From Planctomycetota bacterium (lineage in GTDB: Bacteria; Planctomycetota; GCA-002687715; CAIWVZ01): a stretch of 64,000 bases of DNA. Under the pieces are notes generated by a model, which made no database searches, was not told where the DNA came from, and saw only the letters and a program-made list of their open reading frames with translations. A program made the translations under genes and the position numbers. Shown in pieces: positions 57,754 to 64,000 of the stretch. Location of the stretch: contig JBGANV010000002.1 in the NCBI GenBank assembly GCA_044222185.1, positions 256,001 to 320,000 of the forward strand, given 5' to 3'. The first letter of the stretch is position 1. Every line of letters starts with the position of its first letter.

Positions 57754-59793
57754 TCACCGGCTCCTGGACTCGGCGACCCTGCGCTCGCCGATGAGCGACC
57801 GGCGGATCTCGAGTTCCAGCGGCGTCGCCTTGGGATCGAGCTCGAGCTTGAAGTTCTCGACGATGCGCGGCGACGTGCGATGCTCGATCACCTTCTCGAC
57901 ACCCGAACGCCGTACGGTCACCTTCACCACGTCCCCGGGCGTGGGAACCGCCAGCGCCGCGCGAGCCTGCGCCAGGTTGGATATGGCCGTGCCGTTCACG
58001 GCGACGATCTGATCGTCGCCCATGAATCCACTCTTCTCCAAGGCCGAGTCTGAGGGTGGCGAGCCGATGACGATCCGGTCCTCGATGGCGCGCAGACGGA
58101 GTGCGGCCGAATCGGGTGACGCCGGGATCGTGACTTCGATCGTCTTTTCGTCCGTCGCGCGGCGGATCTTGATCGCGACCTTCTGTCCCACGTCGGCGCG
58201 CCGCAACGCCCGCGTGAGCGCTCCGCCCGAGCCCACCTCGACGCCGTCGACGGCGAGAACGACGTCGCCCGTCTTCAGTCCGGCTCTTCCGAACGCCGAC
58301 TGCTCGTCGACCCGCACGGCCACTCCGTTTTCCGCCGACGTCACTTCGAAGGCGACGGCGGGCACGACGCGTTTCGTGACGGCCGCGGTGCAACCCATGA
58401 AGCGGAAGTAGTGTCCCCAGTCGATCTCCTGTGCGGACGAGACGTGGCGCAGGAAGAAGTCGTGGAGGTCCACGCCGGTAGCGTCGTAGATGGCCGTGAC
58501 CACGTCTTCCGACTGGAACCCGACGGGTCCCGAGAAGCGCTGGAACATCAACCGCATGGCGTCGTCGAGGCACTTTGCGTTCTCGGTCCGCCCGCGGATC
58601 TCCAGGTCCATGAGGAGGCCCAGGATCTCACCCTGGGTGTAGTAGCTGATCGCGCCGCTGAGGTACGCGCTGTCCCAAACGGTCCATGACGCCTCCTCGG
58701 GCGAGATCACGCGACTCGCCGGATTGCCGACGAACCCCGAGATCGTGCCGTCGTAGGAGCTGATGAACTGCTCTTCGCTCATCAGCCCGGCGCGGGCCAG
58801 GATGATGTTGGCGTAGTAGCTCGTGAGACCTTCGCTGATCCACAGGCTCTTCGTGCGCACGGGGCCGTCGTAGTCGAACGGCCCCAGTGCCTTGGGCCGC
58901 AGCCGTTTGACGTTCCAGGTGTGGAAGAACTCGTGAGCCGTCACCCCCTGCAGCGCGTTCGGGTTCTGGCGTAGCGCCGTCGAACTCGTGCCGATGGTCG
59001 TCGACGTCAGATGCTCGAGTCCGCCGCCTCCGCCGTTGGAGTAGATGAACGTGTAGTGCTCGTACGGCACGCCACCCATGATGTCGCTCGCCGCGACGAC
59101 GATCCGACGCACGCAATCGACGACCTTCGGTGGATCGAACGGGATCGCCTTGCCCTGGTTGTCGTAGGCGACGCGGCACGGCACGCCCTTCACCTCGAAG
59201 TTCCAGGTTTCGATCTTTCCGAGGAGGACGGGGCAATCGAGGAGCCAGTCGGCGTTCTTCGCCGTGAACACCATGGGATCGAACGTGGGCGACAGGCCCG
59301 TGCCGACCTTCCAGTCGGCCGGGAGCTTGAACCGCACGTGGGCGGGCAGCTCCTTGTGGTCGCGCCAGTAGAGATAGTTGCGGGGGCCGTCCAGGAGCCC
59401 GCCATGCTGCGTCAGATAGCTGCGGTTGTTGACGCCGCGACCGGGCTTGTCGAAGGTCCACCGCACCGTGATCCGAGTCGCACCCTTGGAATCGACCACC
59501 CAGGTGAGGTCGTTCGGATGCGTGACGGCGCGCGCAGCTCCGCGCTCGTCGACGGCCACGACGTCCTTGATCTGCTTGGCAGCGTTCATCAGGCGGTATG
59601 AGCCCGGCGCCCACGCGGCGACCGACAGCGCCACTTCCGCGCGGTCCGGCCCGAAGATCTCCAGCGCGTGGTGGAAGGCGTCGAAATCGTCGTCCCTGAC
59701 CTCGACCTCGTACAGAAGCCTGGGCGCACCCTGACCGGCGGCCAGGGTCGCGGCAAACAGGATCGCGGCGAGAACTCGGATCTGGCGAAGCAT
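57754..59793 (-). CDS. M61 glycyl aminopeptidase with two PDZ domains
   Basis: 'AWAPGSY', 'GGGLEH', 'AHEFFHTWN' and 'LWISEG.TSYY'; C-terminal PDZ motifs; signal peptide. Confidence 0.92.
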   Translation of the reverse strand: MLRQIRVLAAILFAATLAAGQGAPRLLYEVEVRDDDFDAFHHALEIFGPDRAEVALSVAAWAPGSYRLMNAAKQIKDVVAVDERGAARAVTHPNDLTWVVDSKGATRITVRWTFDKPGRGVNNRSYLTQHGGLLDGPRNYLYWRDHKELPAHVRFKLPADWKVGTGLSPTFDPMVFTAKNADWLLDCPVLLGKIETWNFEVKGVPCRVAYDNQGKAIPFDPPKVVDCVRRIVVAASDIMGGVPYEHYTFIYSNGGGGGLEHLTSTTIGTSSTALRQNPNALQGVTAHEFFHTWNVKRLRPKALGPFDYDGPVRTKSLWISEGLTSYYANIILARAGLMSEEQFISSYDGTISGFVGNPASRVISPEEASWTVWDSAYLSGAISYYTQGEILGLLMDLEIRGRTENAKCLDDAMRLMFQRFSGPVGFQSEDVVTAIYDATGVDLHDFFLRHVSSAQEIDWGHYFRFMGCTAAVTKRVVPAVAFEVTSAENGVAVRVDEQSAFGRAGLKTGDVVLAVDGVEVGSGGALTRALRRADVGQKVAIKIRRATDEKTIEVTIPASPDSAALRLRAIEDRIVIGSPPSDSALEKSGFMGDDQIVAVNGTAISNLAQARAALAVPTPGDVVKVTVRRSGVEKVIEHRTSPRIVENFKLELDPKATPLELEIRRSLIGERRVAESRSR

Positions 59794-59970
59794 GGGGACT
59801 CCCAAGTGGATGCAACCGGTCATGCGTGGCGAACAGTCTGCCCCCGGCGGGTCGCCCATCATACGGGAGAACTCGTCGTCCGCCTCCCGATGGCGCCAGC
59901 GCCCATGCGGATAGGATGTCCGCTCGTCGCGCCGGGCCCGGGAGCCGGTCTGCCGCGACCGGAGCCAGTG

Positions 59971-61209
59971 ATGTCACCACGCCGTCTCGTTCCGCTCGTC
60001 GTCCTCTTCGGGCTCGTCTCCGTCCTCGCGCCGGCGCAGGCGGCGGCGTCCCGCCCGACGATGAAGGGCACGCTGACGACCGAGAAGGGAGTCCGCGTCC
60101 TGCGACTCCATGGCTCGCACGAGGAGATGGGTTTCGCCCACGGATACCTGCTCGCCGCGGAGATCGTGGAGGGACTGGAGAGCTACATCATCAACTCTCC
60201 GGTCGTACTCGGCGCGAAGTCGTACACGGAGGTCGTGCTTCCGAAGGTGAAACGACTCATCGCGTTCTCCCCCGAGCACGAGGCCGAGCTCCGCGGGATG
60301 CTCGCCGGCATTCGCGAGGGCTTGGGCGGCAAGGCGCCCGTCCCGCTCCTCGGACGCGAGCTGGAGTTGATCGACCTCCAGGCGCTGAACAGCTACGGGG
60401 ACTGGTACCGCTTCGCATGCTCGAGCTTCTCCGTCTGGGGAAAGCTGTCGGCGGACGGCAAGGTGATCACGGCACGGAACTTCGACTTCCCGCCCAAGCC
60501 GATCCTCGAAAAGACCCAGCTCCTGATCGGCTACGCGCCGGCGGACCTCGCCGAGAAGCGCTGGGTCAACGTGGCGTTCCCGGGGATCATCGGACTGATC
60601 TCGGGCATGAGCGAAGACGGCGTGGGCCTGTTCGTGCACGACGTGGCGCCGAAGAAGGGAGCGGAGTCGGCCGGCGTCCATTCGCGGCTGCTCGCCCTCA
60701 GGGACGCGATCGAGGCCGCACCGGCGGCGGACGCCGTCGTCACCGTCCACAAACTCCTGCGCGACCGCACGACGTGGATGGGCAACAACGTGCACGTGAC
60801 GTCGCCCTGGGACGGGACGCTGCGCCCTGCCGGAATCATCGAATACGACGGCCTCGAGTCGCTCGACGAGGGCGCGACGCTCCGTCTCTCGGACGACGCG
60901 GACGAGTACGTGCTCTGCACCAATCACTACCGGCTGCGTGCGACCCCGCAGAAGTGCTCCCGTTACTCCCGACTCTCGAAGCAACTCGCCGAGCTGGCGG
61001 AGAAGGGGAAGAAGGTCGACCCGACCGTGGCGCGGTCGCTGATGTCGTCGATCACGCAGGATTCCTTGTTCTCCCGCACGGTTCATACCGTCATCTTCCA
61101 GCCGTCCGACAAGCGTCTCTCCGTGATGATGACGCATGGCGGCAAGGTCGCGCCGGCCTCGGAGCCGGTGACGTTCACGCTGGACGAATTGCTTCCGCCA
61201 CGACGATGA
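59971..61209 (+). CDS. C45-family autoproteolytic Ntn hydrolase, secreted
   Basis: 'LHGSHEEMGFAHG', nucleophile in 'ACSSF', 'ARNFDF' and 'CTNHY'. Confidence 0.82.
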   Translation: MSPRRLVPLVVLFGLVSVLAPAQAAASRPTMKGTLTTEKGVRVLRLHGSHEEMGFAHGYLLAAEIVEGLESYIINSPVVLGAKSYTEVVLPKVKRLIAFSPEHEAELRGMLAGIREGLGGKAPVPLLGRELELIDLQALNSYGDWYRFACSSFSVWGKLSADGKVITARNFDFPPKPILEKTQLLIGYAPADLAEKRWVNVAFPGIIGLISGMSEDGVGLFVHDVAPKKGAESAGVHSRLLALRDAIEAAPAADAVVTVHKLLRDRTTWMGNNVHVTSPWDGTLRPAGIIEYDGLESLDEGATLRLSDDADEYVLCTNHYRLRATPQKCSRYSRLSKQLAELAEKGKKVDPTVARSLMSSITQDSLFSRTVHTVIFQPSDKRLSVMMTHGGKVAPASEPVTFTLDELLPPRR

Positions 61210-62498
61210 ATCGCAGTTTCCTGGTGTTCGTCGCGCTCGCTTGCGCGCTGCGCGGTCAGGAGTCGGCGCCAGCCGGATCTTCGGCCACGCCTCCGAGCGC
61301 CGAGCTGCGGGCCGCCATCGAGGCCTACCTCGACGAAATCTCCGATGGTGTCGCGGCGGGGCTCCTCGAGAAGCTCGTCGCGCGCAAGGACGCGGACGGC
61401 TACTCCGTGCTCGAAGCGTTGAAGACGTGCTCGGTTCCGCTCGCCGCGACCATGGAGGACCTGGTGCCGTATCGGGACCAGCACCTCATGACGCGAGCCC
61501 AGCTCCCGTCGAGTCACGCGCGCACGGGCCCGAGACGGCCCATCGTCTTCGACATCTCCGGCGGAGGGGCGGTGGCGCACCTGAAGCTCGACGACGCCAT
61601 CGTCTGCTTCGTCCACGGCGAGACGGAGATGAACAAGTACACGCCGCCCGAGTTCAGCGACGAAGGGCGGGACGGCTTCCTGAAGGTGCTGCGTCGGACG
61701 TGTCATCGCGCGCATGGAGATCCGAACCGCATGTGGCTGTGCGGGTTCTCATGGGCCGGACACGCGTGCTTCGACACGGCGATGCACCGGCCGGACGTCG
61801 TTCGCGGAATCATCCCGCTGGCTGGCGCGCCGCGTCACGTCGCGTTCAGGCTGCTTCCCAATCTGCGCACGACGGAAGTCGACGCGTTCACGGGCAAGAA
61901 GGACGATCCGATCCTCGTCTGGAACCTGGAGGAGGTCGGCCGGCTCGCCAACGCGCAGAAGCTCGTCTATCGGCTCACGACCGATCCAGAGGCGGGTCAT
62001 ACCCTCCCGTTGCGCGGCATCGACACGGTGGCGAAGACGGTCTCCGTCATTCCTCCACGCGATGACGGCAAGATCCTCTCGGGTGTGATTCTCGGCGACT
62101 CGGCCTTGGTCGAAGGTCCGTTCCTCCGCATGGACGCCATCGATGCGTCACGCGTGAAGGAGCCTGATCGCATCACGGTGCAGCCCGGTCTCTCGGAGGA
62201 GGAGCTGCGCCGCGTGCGCATCAAGTCCGTCGAGAAGAAAGTCGTCAAGCTCACCTGGAGTCTCGAGACGGCGAAGGGCGGCGCGTCGACGCTCTCGGTG
62301 GTTCCGGACGGGGTCACGGGATTCACGATCTTCCTCCGCGAGCCGTGGTTCACGCCGGGCCAGCACGTGACGGTTCGCGCCAAGGGCAAGACCCTCTTCA
62401 ACGGCGCACTCGTGCCCGATCCGCAGACGCTCCTCTCGGAGGCGCGCCGTACCGGCGAGCGGCTGCGCCCCACGTTCCGGGCGATCCAGGTCCGCTGA
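61206..62498 (+). CDS. Secreted alpha/beta hydrolase
   Basis: Signal peptide; 'GFSWAG' nucleophile elbow, 'GKKDD' and 'AGH'. ATGA overlap with the upstream gene. Confidence 0.72.
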   Translation: MNRSFLVFVALACALRGQESAPAGSSATPPSAELRAAIEAYLDEISDGVAAGLLEKLVARKDADGYSVLEALKTCSVPLAATMEDLVPYRDQHLMTRAQLPSSHARTGPRRPIVFDISGGGAVAHLKLDDAIVCFVHGETEMNKYTPPEFSDEGRDGFLKVLRRTCHRAHGDPNRMWLCGFSWAGHACFDTAMHRPDVVRGIIPLAGAPRHVAFRLLPNLRTTEVDAFTGKKDDPILVWNLEEVGRLANAQKLVYRLTTDPEAGHTLPLRGIDTVAKTVSVIPPRDDGKILSGVILGDSALVEGPFLRMDAIDASRVKEPDRITVQPGLSEEELRRVRIKSVEKKVVKLTWSLETAKGGASTLSVVPDGVTGFTIFLREPWFTPGQHVTVRAKGKTLFNGALVPDPQTLLSEARRTGERLRPTFRAIQVR

Positions 62499-62562
62499 CG
62501 CCACGCGGTTGCCGGGTCGTGGATTCCGTGGTGTCATGGTGCCACGACGATCGGGAGACTGC

Positions 62563-63675
62563 ATGTCGAGAGAGGCCCTCGTACGGTTCGTCTGTGCGTT
62601 GTTCGCCGTGGTCGCCATCGGCTGGGCGCAAGCAGGCGGCCCCGTCGCACGACCGGCCTCCGCCGAGCCGCCTGCGTCGCGGCCGGCCATGGACGTGCCG
62701 CGCCCGCCGTTTCCCTACTACGTCGAAGAGGTCACGTTCGAGAACAAGGCCGCCGGGATCACGTTCCACGGAACCGTGACGCGCCCCGAGGGAAGGGGGC
62801 CGTGGCCCGCGGCGGTCCTCATCGCTGGAGCCGGCGCTCACGATCGCGACGAGACGGTCGGCCTGCACAAGCCGTTCATGGTGATTGCCGATCGCCTCAC
62901 GCGTCAGGGCATGGCGATCCTGCGTTACGACAAGCGCGGAGTGCGCGGCACCCGCGGCGACGTCATGAAGGCCACGAGCGTCGACCTCGCGAAGGACGCC
63001 GAGGCCGGGTTCGACTATCTCCGAGGACGACCGGACGTGGACGCGAGCCGCGTCGGCGTGATCGGGCACAGCGAAGGCGGGATGCTCGTCTTCATCATCA
63101 CGGGGAGCCGGCCTGAAGTCGCATTCGCCGTTTCACTCGCGGGCGTGAGCACGGACTGCGAGACGGCGTCCAAGCAGTTCGCACTGCTGCTCGCCCGCGG
63201 GGCAGGAGTGTCCGAGCTCATACTGATCCCGGGGCGCCTGCTCATCGGGCGGATCATCGACGTGCTCAAGGCTTCGAAGGATCAGGCATCGGCGGAAGCC
63301 GAGTTGCGGACGTTCGTGCCGGCCGAGTTCATCCCCTTCGTCGCCTCGCCGTGGGTGCGCTTCTTCGTGACGTACGACCCGCGACCGTCCATCGAGCGCA
63401 CGCACTGCCCGGTGCTCGGGATCTACTGCGAGAACGACGTCATGGTGTCGCCGACCACGAACGCGCGCGCGTTGCGGCTCGCCCTCGTGCGAGGAGGCAA
63501 CACCACCTTCGACGTGGAGACCTTCCCCGAGACGAATCACATGCTTCAGCCTGCGTCGAAGCGGCAGGCCATGGATTTCACGTCGAGCGCGTTCTCCATC
63601 GCCCCGCCGATCATGGAGAAGCTGACGACGTGGCTCGCGGCTCACGTGGGCAGGCCCGCCGGCGACTACAAGTGA
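62563..63675 (+). CDS. Secreted alpha/beta hydrolase (S9/S15-like)
   Basis: 'G.G..DRDE', 'RYDKRG', 'GHSEGG', 'ENDVMV' and 'NHMLQ'. Confidence 0.88.
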   Translation: MSREALVRFVCALFAVVAIGWAQAGGPVARPASAEPPASRPAMDVPRPPFPYYVEEVTFENKAAGITFHGTVTRPEGRGPWPAAVLIAGAGAHDRDETVGLHKPFMVIADRLTRQGMAILRYDKRGVRGTRGDVMKATSVDLAKDAEAGFDYLRGRPDVDASRVGVIGHSEGGMLVFIITGSRPEVAFAVSLAGVSTDCETASKQFALLLARGAGVSELILIPGRLLIGRIIDVLKASKDQASAEAELRTFVPAEFIPFVASPWVRFFVTYDPRPSIERTHCPVLGIYCENDVMVSPTTNARALRLALVRGGNTTFDVETFPETNHMLQPASKRQAMDFTSSAFSIAPPIMEKLTTWLAAHVGRPAGDYK

Positions 63676-63717
63676 AGCCACCGGCGAGCTGAAAACGTCA
63701 GACGTCCGTCAGAATCG

Positions 63718-63999
63718 TCACTCCAACGTGTGAGTCCCGTGCGCGACGGCGCCGCCCGCCCGGATCGCGGCCGCGACGAGCGTCGCCTCCGCCAGCTCCT
63801 GCTCAGTCGCGCCTGCCTTGCGCGCTTTCTTCGCGTGAAGCTCGATGCAGTATCCGCACTGGGTCGTCAGGCCCACGGCGACGGCCATGAGCTCCTTGTA
63901 CTTCAGCGGAATGGCGCCCTCGCCGAATGCCGCCGCGTCGAAGGCGACGAAGCCCTGCATGGCGGCGGGAGCCAATTCGGCGAGGCGTTTCATCTTGGT
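63718..63999 (-). CDS. Carboxymuconolactone decarboxylase/AhpD-family protein, probably 5' partial
   Basis: 'KYKELMAVAVG.TTQCGYCIELH'; the frame is open to the window edge. Confidence 0.85.
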   Translation of the reverse strand, partial: TKMKRLAELAPAAMQGFVAFDAAAFGEGAIPLKYKELMAVAVGLTTQCGYCIELHAKKARKAGATEQELAEATLVAAAIRAGGAVAHGTHTLE

Positions 64000-64000
64000 C

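Noticed and set aside
59826-61205. 890-aa ORF suggesting a fusion hydrolase
   Set aside because: The first half overlaps the C45 gene out of frame. The real gene starts at 61206 with a signal peptide and an ATGA overlap.

Overview
High-GC bacterial chromosomal window, most likely Planctomycetota. This is inferred from the ECF sigma factor/Ser-Thr kinase pairs and the large secreted proteins with lineage-typical domains. I found no rRNA, tRNA, CRISPR, prophage or transposase. The core feature is a nine-gene arginine operon on the minus strand (argR-argG-DUF1611-argC-argD-argF'-argB-argE-argH) preceded by tandem ARG boxes. It has no argA or argJ. In their place is a DUF1611/DgcN-like P-loop protein, and the transcarbamylase has Ala90 at the acetyl/succinyl specificity position. 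Together these suggest a non-canonical, possibly succinylated, arginine pathway with an alternative N-acylglutamate synthase. The second notable system is a set of related GGAG/GGAA-tagged REP/REPIN-like palindromic repeats with covarying stems. Two direct-orientation arrays of them bracket a YHYH-EF-hand-phosphoesterase fusion gene and its phosphoesterase paralogue, next to a MauG-type diheme enzyme. The rest of the window holds secreted peptidases and hydrolases, three Ser/Thr kinases, two ECF sigma factors, a baeRF3/Balon-like factor, an IorAB-type molybdoenzyme with a cytochrome c, a Met-rich multicopper oxidase, and a gene frameshifted by an 11-bp tandem duplication. All calls come from reading motifs by eye; no database searches were run.
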